From Plasmodiophora brassicae (lineage: Eukaryota), in contig CP145428.1 of NCBI GenBank assembly GCA_036867785.1, positions 124,001 to 188,000 of the forward strand: a DNA stretch of 64,000 nucleotides, in the 5' to 3' direction. A program made the position numbers and the translations under genes. Numbering within the stretch: the stretch's first letter is position 1; each line of letters begins with the position of its first letter. The notes under the pieces were generated by a model that saw only the letters and a list, made by a program, of their open reading frames with translations, was not told where the DNA came from and made no database searches. Shown here piece by piece: positions 11,494 through 22,552 of this stretch.

Positions 11494-13108
11494 TTATTCG
11501 CTGGCGTCGTCGTCCTTGGCCTCGCCGACCACAACGACAACGCCTTCCGCGTTGCTGTCGTCGACGACGACCTGTTCGGCGGCGTCTTCCTCCTCCAGGT
11601 GCGCTTCACCGTCACCAGCAGCAGCAGCAGCGTCGATGTTGCCGGCGCCGGCGTCGTCGTCGTCGCCGTTGTCGACAACAACGGCAGCAGCAGCAGCAGC
11701 AGCGTCGTCGACGACCATGTCGGGAGCGTCGCCATCGTCCGCACCGCCAGGGGCAGGCGCCGGCTGATCACCTTCGGGTTTCTCACCGGCCTGCCGGCGA
11801 CCGGCACGACGCGCCGGGCCGGTCGCCTGCGCCTGCACGTGCTGCTTGGCCATGTCCTCCAGCTCGTCAAAGTTCACGTCCTTGATGTCCTGAGCGGGCA
11901 AGAACCGTCACTTATAACGTCGCAGCGGAGCAGGACGCGAAACAAAGACGCACAAGTTTGCCAACGGCCTCCCGCAGGCCCTTCTTGGTCTCCTTCCGCG
12001 ACCGGAGCATCAGCTTCTTGGTCTGCGACGTGTGCTGCCCCGGTTTCCACATGACGGGCGGCGTGGCCTTCGTCTGGATCAGGCCCGACATGCGGACGTG
12101 CCGGATGATCATCCGCAGGGCCTTGACCTTGGTCTCCTTGTCGAACAGCTTGTCCATGACGTCCTTCATGGCCTGTCAGCAGACGGTCAGCAGCGGACAC
12201 AACGCACGCACGGGTCGGGCGACGTACGGCCTGCTCGTTCTCCAGATCCTCCTGCAGCTGTTTCATTTGTTCCTCGCGTAACTGGACCGACTCGGTCTGG
12301 ATGCGCTCCTGAACATGCTGCTCGATGCTCTGCCATGGGACCGGCGGTCAGACGGGGACGCACGGGCACACAACAGCCAACGCCGAGTTCGGTACCGCTT
12401 TGCGCCGCTGCCGTTCGGCCTCTTGCTCCTCGGTGAGGTTCTCCTTTGCCTTATTCAGGTGACCGAGCAGAGCACCGAACATTCGCTTACTGCGTGCCGC
12501 GTCGGCCTGCCTCGACAACCGCCTACCGCCATTACCGCTTGTGGCGCCGGTCGCGCTCGACCGGGGCGCGTCACCGTCGTCAACGACAGTGGTGGTCGTG
12601 GGTCCCGTCTGCGCCGTCGCGGCGGCGGCGTCGTCCTCGGGTGGTCCCGCATCGTCAATGACGACATTGTCGGGAGCGGCGTCTGTCGCCTCGGCTTCGG
12701 GTACGACCCTGGCGACGAACGACGACAGCTTCGGCTGCATCGATGCATCATCAGTACAACGGGGACGATGCGCTTGGGGCACGCGGAGCAGACCTTCTTC
12801 GCAGGTTGCTCCTCGTCCGGTTCCTGCGGTCGAGCAGCTTGATCGGCGGTCTCGTCGACAGATCCACGCTGCGACCGCTTAGCGTCCGTGTCGCGGTTGC
12901 GCTTCTGCCCAGACCTGGGGGAGCGGGCGCGCCCGCGGTTAGATAACCATCCCAATCGGATCATGCAAGGCGCAACGCCTACGTACGCCGTGTACAGTGA
13001 GGCGGTGCGATTCGCGATCGCGATCTGCCGTTTGATGGCGTCGACGCGCGAGTACGCCTTCTTGCGAGTCGAGCGCAGCGCGTTGATCTCGGCGTACAGC
13101 GCCTCCAT
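11494..13108 (-). CDS. Pinin/SDK/memA family splicing-associated protein, multi-exon
   Basis: SKRMFGALLGHLNKAK and LIQTKATPPVMWKP match the conserved pinin domain. It has an acidic C-terminal tail and starts at MEALYAEI (13108). Confidence 0.75.
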
Positions 13109-13426
13109 ATCGGCAGCCCCGGCGACCAGCGGCGACGGTCGGCACTCGTGTGTGTGTGTGTGTGTGTGTCGCACACACACGACGAAGCACGCGCAAAGTC
13201 CGCGGCGCACTGCGCACGACGCGTTATGTCCCGCCTGTGTGCTGCTGCTGTCTGCAGGCGGCACTTTCGCACTTGCCCATTCCGGTCGCTGCCTCCGCGA
13301 CATGAGCGGCCCGTCGCCTTCAGCGTGGCCCCCGTTCCACGTCTCGCCCGGCTCGCGTCCTGATTCCCAACAGGTCGACCTATTACTATCCCCAGATCGA
13401 CCTGCTCGATCAACTTCCATTCCGTC

Positions 13427-13959
13427 ATGTCGCAGCTTCGCTCCGGGTACGTGGGCGCGCGCCCTGCGATGACGACGATGACGACGACGAGAACGACAAT
13501 TGATTCGCCCGTCTGCCCTGCGCAGGTATCGGTTCAATCTCTGGAACTGACGTCTATCGCGACGATGACGTCGGGTTTCGCGCCGACCCGCGGCAGCTTC
13601 TCGTTCGTGGTCGGCGCGCGCGTGCCCCGACCTGGGCATCCTCGCGGCCAACGTAACCGTCTACGATCGGTTCTTCTGCCCGAGCGACACCAACTGCGAC
13701 GTCGCCGGTCACTACGAGTTTGCCGGCTCCGTCACGACGTCGTCGATCCCTGACAGCCCGCACAACGTGTCGACCATGCATCGTGGCGCACCTGGCGACC
13801 ACCGGGTTCAACGCGGTCCGTTTCGACGCCGCCGACGCGTTCTACTTGTACGCGACGCCCTGGTCTACCACGTACGGCCGGCAGAACGACAAGGTCGGCA
13901 TGTGCGCCCGTACGCCCCAGGACTCGGCCGACTTCGCCAGATCAATGGCCTCCAATTAG
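13427..13959 (+). CDS. Hypothetical small spliced protein
   Basis: ATG 13427 with apparent GT..AG introns and a coding-like last exon (AHLATTGFNAVRFDAADAFYLYATPWSTTYGRQND...). No family recognised. Confidence 0.4.
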
Positions 13960-14987
13960 GCGCAAGGCGGCTCGAGCCTGATCATGAGCTGGACCGTGCA
14001 AATCGGCGAGGCTGGTATTTATCAACGTTGACGGTTCGTTAGTCCATAATAACGAACCCGCCGTCAGTACGCGAGTGCCGCGCTGGATCGACAAGGAAAG
14101 CCTTGCCGGCCGCGGGTTTGCCCACTATCGGCCTATCTGTAGGGTTTGGCGCTTTCGCACGCGCTCGGGATAACGTCACTGCCCGATAGCGCCTCGAGGT
14201 TCCTCCGCCTCGCGGCGCCAGTCTTGACCTCCAGCCGACGACGTCGGCCAGACGATAGCAACCGATGAAGTCCATTTGTTCGGACATATACACCATGGGC
14301 GTGCGCTGGACTGCTCCAGTAGTAAATGCTATTTGGGCGCGCCCTCGAAGGATATCGTTCTGGGTGCAGATTAGTTCAAATGGCTGGCGGGTTATCAGGT
14401 GGTCATCTGGTGTACTCCAAAGCACAATGGGCGCAGGCACCCCCATACCAGCGCTTGGCGTTGCTGCCCATCGAGACCGAATTCGGTCGCGCTGACGCCT
14501 CCCGACGTCGCCGCACAGCGAACAGGACGAGCAGACTGAAGAGGTGCGAACGCACACGGCACGCAACAGGAAGGGGCGCGCACAGGCCCCAATCCTGACG
14601 CTGGAGGAGAATCCATGTCATGTCGAGGGATCAATGACGGCCCTGCAAATGGTTGCTGCCGTGGATGGCGGGGGACATCGAACAGGCGCGGGCGACGTTA
14701 CCCGTGTCGAATCGCGGCAAATGGGGCGACGTTCACCCACAGATATGACAAACCCGACGTCATGATACTCGGGGGCTAAGTAACACGTCCCAAACGCACT
14801 GGCCAACGGATAGGCGTCCACGTCGATCGGTACCAGGCCTGCATATAGAAATAAATGGTCCCCGCCACTGCGACCCGTCGTACGTTCGCAGCGTTGCAGA
14901 ACGTGTAGCAATGCGAGCCGGCGTGTGCTGCATTGCCGACGCCGGCCGACTGGCCTATAATATCGACGGGGACGATCGTTCCCTGGG

Positions 14988-16802
14988 TTAAAAGAACCTA
15001 TCGCCCGCCTTCCAGGGCAGCAGGTCCGCCAGACGCTGTTCATGGTCGCGCCAGGTGGCCGGCTGCGGGAAGTCCTCGCAGATATGGTCGGCCAGGGGGC
15101 GGAACAGGCGGCACGACGGCAGCAGGTCGCAGATCTCGGCGCGGAACACCAGGTCCGGGTCCACCCACAGGTACGTCAGCGACGGGCACAGGGCCAGCGG
15201 CGCCAGGCTGAACGGCGGGTCGTCGTCCTGGTCCCGGGCCAGGTTCCGCATGTCCAGGTACTGCAGCGCCTTCAGATGCGACAGTGGCGACAGGTCGACG
15301 ACGGCCGTGTCGGAGATGTCCAGGAAGGTCAAGGCCGGGCACGACCGGCACACGTCCGCCAGATCTGCAGGGGACCCTGGTCAGTTCGCGCCCGTCGACA
15401 AACGCAGGCAGAACAACAACAACAATGGCGGACCTTGGACGGTCGTGTCGGCGACGCTCAGATGGGTCAGGCGCCGGCAGTTGGCCAGCGGTGAGATGTC
15501 GTAGACGGCGGACGAGTTCAGCAGGACGACCTGCAGGTGGGGGCAGTACGCGACGGGCGCCAGGTCGACGGGCGCCAGGTCGACGGCCTGGTACGACCCG
15601 GACAGGTCCAGGTGCGTCAGGGCCGGGCAGCCGGACAGCCAGTCCAGGTCGGCCAGGCCCTCGCAGTACGACAGGTCCAGGAACTGGAGCGCGGGACAGG
15701 CCGGCAGGGTCGCCACCGACGTCATGCGCAGGCTCAGGAACTCGAGCTGCGGCAGCTGGCTGACGAACTGGCAGTCGATCAACAACAGGTCGGTGTTGTC
15801 GTTCGCGATCCACAGGCGGCGCAGCGTGGGCGGCAGCGATAGCGCCGAGCTGGCGTCCAGGCAGAGCTCGAGTTCGACCAGGGCCGGCATCTGCTGCAGC
15901 CAGTCCAGGTCGTCCAGGTCGGCCGCCCACAGGTACTGCAGGTTGGAGCAGTCCCTGGGCACACGGCGCACCGGCGTCAGCCGATTCAGGCCCAGCAGTT
16001 CGATCGAGGCGGGCAGCGCCGACAGATCCTCGCACGCGGCCGCATGCGTGTACAGGGCGCGCAGGCGCCGGCACGCGGCCAGCGGCGATACGTCGACGAC
16101 GGCCGTCATCGACACGTCCAGCGACAGCAGGTCCGGCAGTGACGCCAGCGCCCGAATGCTGTCGATCGACGTCGCCGACAGGTTCAGGAACTGGATGCCG
16201 GGGCAGGCGACGATCGGGTCGACGTTGTCCACGGCGGTGTCGCTGAGGTTCAGCGTGACCAGATGCGGCAGGCGACGCAGGAAGCCGGTCTGCGAGACGA
16301 CGGACGACGACAGGTCCAGGTGTGTCAGGTGCGGCGCCGCGACCCGGTCCATCTGCAGCGTACGGCGAATGCCGACCAGCGACAGGCGACGAAGGTGGGC
16401 GCCGTTCTGCAGGATGCGTTCGAGGCGGTCGACGCTGACGGGCCCCGGGCGGGACTTCTGGCGCGTCTCCTCGACCTCGTACCCGATCGGGCGCGTGTAG
16501 TGGAACGGCCTGCGGTCGACCATGAGCGACGTCAGGTGCCGATAGCAGGACTGCGACAGGCGACGGCAGACGGCGAGCAGATCGGACAGGGCGGCCTGCT
16601 CCGGGCCGACGCACGCCCAGATCGCCGTCGAGATCGGGCTCTGCGCGTCCAGCAAATCCAGCAGGGGAAGCGCCGGCGTGCGTTCGCCTCCGCCCTGTTC
16701 GCCGTTGCGTGCCGCGTCGAGCTGCGCCCGCAACTCGGCGTTGTCCCGTTCGAGCTCGGCGATCCGCTGGAGCAGCGCGCCGACGTCGACGTCGCCCATC
16801 AT
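14988..16802 (-). CDS. Leucine-rich repeat protein with N-terminal coiled coil, one likely intron near 15370-15435
   Basis: Repeated LxxLxLSxTxV motifs (LTHLDLSSS, LVTLNLSDT, LLSLDVSMT, LTFLDISDT). Start MMGDVDVG at 16802. Confidence 0.85.
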
Positions 16803-17083
16803 GCGGCAAATCGCGGGTGCGGCACGACGACTCGCGATGACACGTGACGGGGCTATCGGGTGTGCCAGGCCATGAAGGTGCGCGTGTGTGTGTGTCTGTG
16901 TGTGTGTGTGCGTCGGGTTGGATGCGGTCCAGGAGAGAGGCGCCCCGAGGAGGCGATGGGCGCGGTTGTGAGCCGAGTCGAGAGCTGCAACGAACTCCGT
17001 GCGGCCCGAAAGTCCGCGACAGCGGCGGCGGCGGCGGCGGCGGTGTGGGGCGCGCACAGACACAGAGGCCCGCACACGACGTC

Positions 17084-18350
17084 ATGGGCGACGACGAGCC
17101 CCAGGCCGATCATCGCGATGCCGGCTCGGTCGAGCCGTCCGACCCAGCGACCGAGGCGCCGGCGCCCGCCGAGTCGGAACCCGTGGGCGACGGCAGCGCC
17201 GAGGACGTCCCGCATGTCGCGGCGTCCGACGATGCGGTCGTGACGCAGACGACGGGCGCGAAGCGTCGCTGGGCGCGGAAGCAGGCCGAGGACGTGCCGA
17301 CGAGCAAGTACCAGCGGGCGGAGAGCCAGCAGGGCGAGTATAACATCTGGTACCACCGGTACCTGGGCGATCAGCAGCGGGTTCGGGAGCGCGCCACGAC
17401 GCGGTGCGTGCCGGAACGGGACGCCGGTGCGACACGCGCCGACGAATCTAGGCCGGACACGTACATCTGCCTGTACTTTGCCAAAGGGAACTGCGTCCAG
17501 GGCCGCAAATGCAATTTCCTGCATCGCCTGCCGACCGCCGACGACGACGCCCGGCTCGACATCATGCACGACGTGTTCGGGCGCAAACGCCATCAGACCG
17601 ACCGGGAGGACATGGGCGGCATCGGCTGCTTCTCCAAGGAGTGCAAGACGCTCTACATTGGCAACATCCCCATAGGTAGGCGGATCGTCCGGGCGCGCGC
17701 CCACAGCGGATCGCTCATTGTCGTGTGCCCCGTTGCATGCAGACGCGATCCCGGACACGTATGCGAAGCTGGCGAAGCATTTCGGTGTGTTCGGGCCGAT
17801 CGAGCAGATCAACGTGAAGCCGAAGCACGGGTGCTGCTTCGTGCGGTTCGTGTACCGGGCCAGCGCCGAGTTCGCCAAGGTGGCCATGGCCGAGCAGGCG
17901 CTGGACGGCGAGGAGCAGCTCAACGTACGATGGGCGTACGAGGACCCGAACCCTCGCGTCATCAAGCAGGTCCAGGCCGAGAAGGAGCAGCGCGTCGTCG
18001 ACGCGCTGCGCAATGCGGGGTACTCGCAGGACATGGCCCGGTATAATGCGCCGGCGTCGTACCGGCCCAGCGGACCGCAGCAGCAGCAGGGCGCGTACCC
18101 GGCGGACCCGTATGCGTACCCGGATACGTCCGGGCAGTACGCGGGCGACGCGTACCAGGATCCGTACAACCAAGCGTATGCGCAGTACTACTATCAGTAT
18201 GCGGGCGCGCAGGCGCAGGCGCAGGCGGCAGCGCCGGCCCAACACGCGCAGGCGCCGAGGCGGCCTGCCGCACCGCCTGCCGTCGACAAGCACACGCCAA
18301 TGACACGGGAAATGTACCTGGCGCAGCTGAACGGGGCGTCACGAAAATAG
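17084..18350 (+). CDS. CWC2: Pre-mRNA splicing factor Cwc2/Cwf2 (Torus/CCCH zinc finger + RRM), intron 17676-17742
   Basis: GEYNIWYHRYLG, CLYFAKGNCVQGRKCNFLH, DVFGRKRH..REDMGGIG, KTLYIG and FAKVAMAEQAL..LNVRWAYEDPNP. The GTAGGC...TGCAG intron restores the frame. Confidence 0.92.
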
Positions 18351-20920
18351 ACAAACCCATCCGCAGATGGATTGTCCAGGTCTGCGTGCGGTACGTGTTG
18401 TGATCCCAGCCATGTCCAGTGGGCGTCCTTCACCCGGGGGGATGACTGTGCCCGACGTGGCGGCGCGAGCGCTCTGGGTCCGTCCTGTCTGCCCCTATCT
18501 GCATATCTGGCTTGTTTCTGTATCTCAGATCTGTTCCTGTTCACGTTACACCGAATCGACCGTCGCCAGGATGACGCGCTCGCGTTCCGGCCCAACCGGT
18601 TGCATCGGCGAGTAACTGAATCAGGCCGCATTCTTCATCGAAATGCGGGCCCGCGCCGAGGAGAAACTGAAATGCGGCAATCGCAACGGCCAACGCCGGT
18701 CGCGTGGCATAAATTAGGGCACACGCCATAGATCAGTAACGCTGGCTCGCATTTCTGGGCGTCGTGAGCTGTGTATAGTTTCATTCTTGTCGTGGTAGGA
18801 CGGTAAACACCACCAAAGTTAGCGATCTCCTGATGGAGTCTTTCGCGGACCTCCCCAGGAGATTTTTTGTGGAGTCTCCTGTGGGGAATTACGTTCCAGG
18901 ATCTCCAAACCGCATCCCGGCATCCGCCAGACCTTCCATGACTGCACCTACGACTGTAGTTAACTACCAGAGTCCTAGGCATATTATCAGCACGACTATA
19001 GCTAACTACTCGGTAGTGACACCCTCCAACTATACAGCTATAGTTAACTATTGCGATTCTCAGTCAGGTGAAATGGAACTGCGACGCCTAACCCGTCGCA
19101 GTCCGCGACGGGTGCCACCACCCATAGCATTGAATGTCTCTGTCGTTATGTGAAGGATTCTGTCGCGATTGACGCGGAACACGGGTCGGTTAGTACTAGG
19201 CTGCATGCGGTATATGCATATTTCTTCCTGGGGTTCACGATTCCCATCCGACTGGAGATTAGCTCCGTACTTGTTGACGTGCATCTCGACGATGCTTGGG
19301 ATCAGGCTCCAGTTTAGTTTAGTTTAGTTTATTTGTGTTTCGCGCTTTTCAGGCAGGCGCCTCGGTCTCGGTTCCGAGGACCGTAGGATCGCTTCCAGAA
19401 CGGCAGCTTCTCCCGGCCTGGCAGTGCCGGCCTGTCACCTTTGTGCTGGGATCTCGCAGGTTGGCGACTCCGGGGCGAGTCTGGGGGCTCAAAGAGCACC
19501 CCACAGGCTCGTAGACTTTGATCTTCCTCACTGTGGTTGATCTGGCTACACTAGTACTGACGACGTCCACCTCCACGTGGGAGGTGGTCACACTGTTTTA
19601 CAGGCGCCCCTTCGCCTTCCAACCTGCTCAAGTGATCCCATAAGAAAACTCCTAAACGACACCTACTGGGCTGTCGGGCACCCATAACAATTTAGGCCCT
19701 GTGGCCTAGGCGGGGCAGGGTAACCTGCACCGCGAGATCTCGTTGGTCGTGTCACGGTCGAGTCGCTGTCTTGGCGACTCAGCCGGCACCTAATTGGGCG
19801 CAGCGCACTACTACAATAAACGTCCACGGCGTTGGACCGACCTCAGTCGGTCAATCCGTGTGGTTGACACATCTTGCTCTGTCGTCACATTTTGACCGAC
19901 TACCCTTCGGTCGTACGCGTATCGTCTCGTCTCGTCTCGGCCCGTATCGACTCATATCGTATAATTGCACCGCGTCCTAACAACTGTTCCGTCTAGTGTA
20001 TCATCGCAGCTATGGCGGGAGGTGATGGGTTGATTCCGGCGTTGTCGGACCCGCCATCATCCGCGAATCCGGATGTTGCAGCTGCGGCGGATGTTGCTGG
20101 CGCTATCGAGCTGCGCGACCTGAAGGCGGAGATCCTCGACCTCTTAGCCCAGTTGAAATTCGCGCATGGCTCGCTGCCTAGGGCCAGCCCCCCCGCAGCG
20201 CCAGCTGTCTCGTCTCCCGAAGTGCGCAACGACTCGTCGGATTCTCCGGTCATCAGCGCTGTGCCTTCCCTATTGCCTCTCCACGCTTCTGTGGCTTCGT
20301 CTCTGCCGAATTCCGTCGCCCCGTCGACGCAGCATCCCGTGTCCCCGTCGCCGCCGCCTATTGTTGTCCAGTCCCACGATATCCCGCGATTTTCGGGGGC
20401 GGACGGGCTGTCGACGATGCGTTGGTTGACCGCCTTCGCGCGGATCACCCAGACGCCGTTAACGTCTACCAGTCCGCTTTCCGACGCTGTGCAATGCATC
20501 TTGACGACGGCCTTGAAAGGATACGCCTTGGAGACTTATCTTGACCTTTCCGAGGACGCGTCAATGGCGGACGTGGCATCCGCCCTGCTTCATGATTTTC
20601 CGGAGCCGTCGTTAAAGCGGGTCGAAGCTGATTTTGACAATTTGAAGCAGACTTCCAGTGTGGTTCACCATTCGCGGGAGTTCCAGCGCTTGTACAAGAA
20701 GGTTCAACAACTCGACCCCTTGTATAGGCTGAGTCCGTCCCGTTTGGCGGAAAAGTTCCGCATGTCCTTGCACCCTGCACTTTCTGATGCCCTCTTCATT
20801 TACAACTACACCGAGTACGACAAGATGTTCGAGATGGCGATCCATCTCGAACCGAAGTATCCGATCGCCGCTGTCAACGCTATCGAGGTCGGAGGGGCGC
20901 AACCTTTGGTCTGCCACTAT

Positions 20921-21063
20921 TGTGACGACCGAACACGATGAGTCAACCACACGGATTGACCGACTGAGGTCGGTCCGCGCCGTGGACGTTTATTGTACCT
21001 AGTGCGCTACGAAGGAGCCCAATTTGGTGCCGGCTGAGTCGCCAACACGACTCAGTCGTGACA
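20921..21063 (-). mobile_element. Solo LTR of Gypsy family B inserted in gag of family A copy 1
   Basis: Reverse complement of the LTR at 27054-27199 with a small deletion. TSD ACTAT. Absent at the same position (~61207) in copy 2. Confidence 0.95.
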
Positions 21064-21603
21064 ACTATTGTCGCGAGGCTGGACATTTCATTGCGTCCTG
21101 CCCCAAGCGACCTCCGTGCCAGCACTGTCACAAGGTTGGTCACCGCTCCGCGCTGTGCCCCGAGCGGCCTGCCGCTGCTGGTCCTCCGCCGCCCCCACCC
21201 AGCGCCAGCGTCCCGCAGGCTGGTCCCCCGGGAAATGTGCCCGGGCGTCTGGGAACGGGTTCCCCAGTCGCCCAGTAAACACTTCTTTTGGTTCCGAACC
21301 CAACTTTCTTCATGTTACGGATTTATTCTTTACGTCGGCTACATCTATACCACATCTATTGGTACCGGTCTGTCTCGTTATCGGCTCACGTCGCGTCAGT
21401 ACGCTCGCCTTGTTAGACTGTGGCGCGACGTCCAATTTTATCGACTGGTCGTTCTGTCGTCATCACGAAGTGCCTGTTCGCTCCAAATCGCGTGCCATTC
21501 CGGTTCGCGTCATTGACGGCCGTCATCTGGCCCCAATTACTCAGGAAACCGCCCCGCTACGAATCACCGTCGACGAATGTTTCGACAGTGACGTCGTCCT
21601 GAA

Positions 21604-22552
21604 TGTCGAGGACCATGTCCTACCACCGGCACACGATGACGCTGTGACTGTGCGCGGCTGTGTCACGTCCACAAAAGAGGCTCCGCCACCGTCGCCGTTG
21701 CCGGTAACGGCTTTGGCAAGCCCTGTTACACTGCGTTACGTCGCCATCGTCTCGCGCCGATGTCAGTGGAATAAATCACTTCGTTATCGTCTTCATCAGA
21801 TTAACAGTCGTACGCGTTCTACGCGCTTCGAGGCGGCGAGCCCGCCGGCGCCCCGCGCGCCGGTGCCATCCAGTGCCAGTCCCGCGTCACTGTGTCTCTG
21901 CCCTGACCCTGCTTCTGCACAACGCGCCACGAACGCCCACTCCAGACCGCGCCACGCGCAAGAGAGTCCAGGCAGATCGCGCTAGCAGGGCAGGTCGTCC
22001 TACGGGAATCCAGAACCATTACCGGAACGTAAGCGCCAGGCGTACGCCGGTCGTACGGGCCTCAATCGCTTGCCTCAACCTCTTCTCGATATAACGTTGT
22101 CCGCCGGCGCCTTCGGCGTCGGTGTCGTCCCGAGCCAGGTCCTCCTCTCTGTGTCGTCATTGACGACTTTGCCCCAGCATATCGCGCCACACCTGTCAGC
22201 TCTAGCTACGCCACGATCCGTCTCGTGTCGCGTCAACAAGCCAAGACATACGAGCACGAGCAAGGTCGTGTTGTACATGATCCAGAGTCGAAGGTCCAGC
22301 CGGGACACGTCCGTTCGACCGCCTTCCGCATGCAACCGCGTGCCGTTGGAGGGGGCGTGTCGAGGACCATGTCCTACCACCGGCACACGATGACGCTGTG
22401 ACTGTGCGCGGCTGTGTCACGTCCACAAAAGAGGCTCCGCCACCGTCGCCGTTGCCGGTAACGGCTTTGGCAAGCCCTGTTACACTGCGTTACGTCGCCA
22501 TCGTCTCGCGCCGATGTTAGTGGAATAAATCACTTCGTTATCGTCTTCATCA
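21604..22552 (+). mobile_element. TRIM-like non-autonomous LTR element (949 bp), Copia-related
   Basis: 195-bp LTRs at 21604-21798 and 22358-22552, TSD CTGAA, PBS GATTAACAGTCGTA, PPT GGAGGGGGCG. No coding domain recognised. Absent from copy 2 of the host element. Confidence 0.95.

Noticed and set aside
14039-14960. Possible spliced gene on the minus strand between the small gene and the LRR gene
   Set aside because: The ORF pieces have no recognisable motif and I could not build a reliable exon chain.
13148-16910. (TG)n tracts at 13148-13170 and 16884-16910 between divergent gene pairs
   Set aside because: Ordinary microsatellites; two cases do not support a regulatory claim.
2862-18169. 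Many long antisense or alternate-frame ORFs (e.g. 2862..4349, 5576..7087, 10368..11870, 15040..17085)
   Set aside because: Shadows of GC-rich coding sequence, with Arg/Pro/Ala-rich translations and no motifs.
19563-19592. SECIS element
   Set aside because: The upper helix is only about 8 bp, there is no apical AA, and no associated in-frame UGA was identified.
19555-19600. Hammerhead ribozyme (CTGACGA plus stem) on the plus strand
   Set aside because: No GAAA after stem II in either copy.
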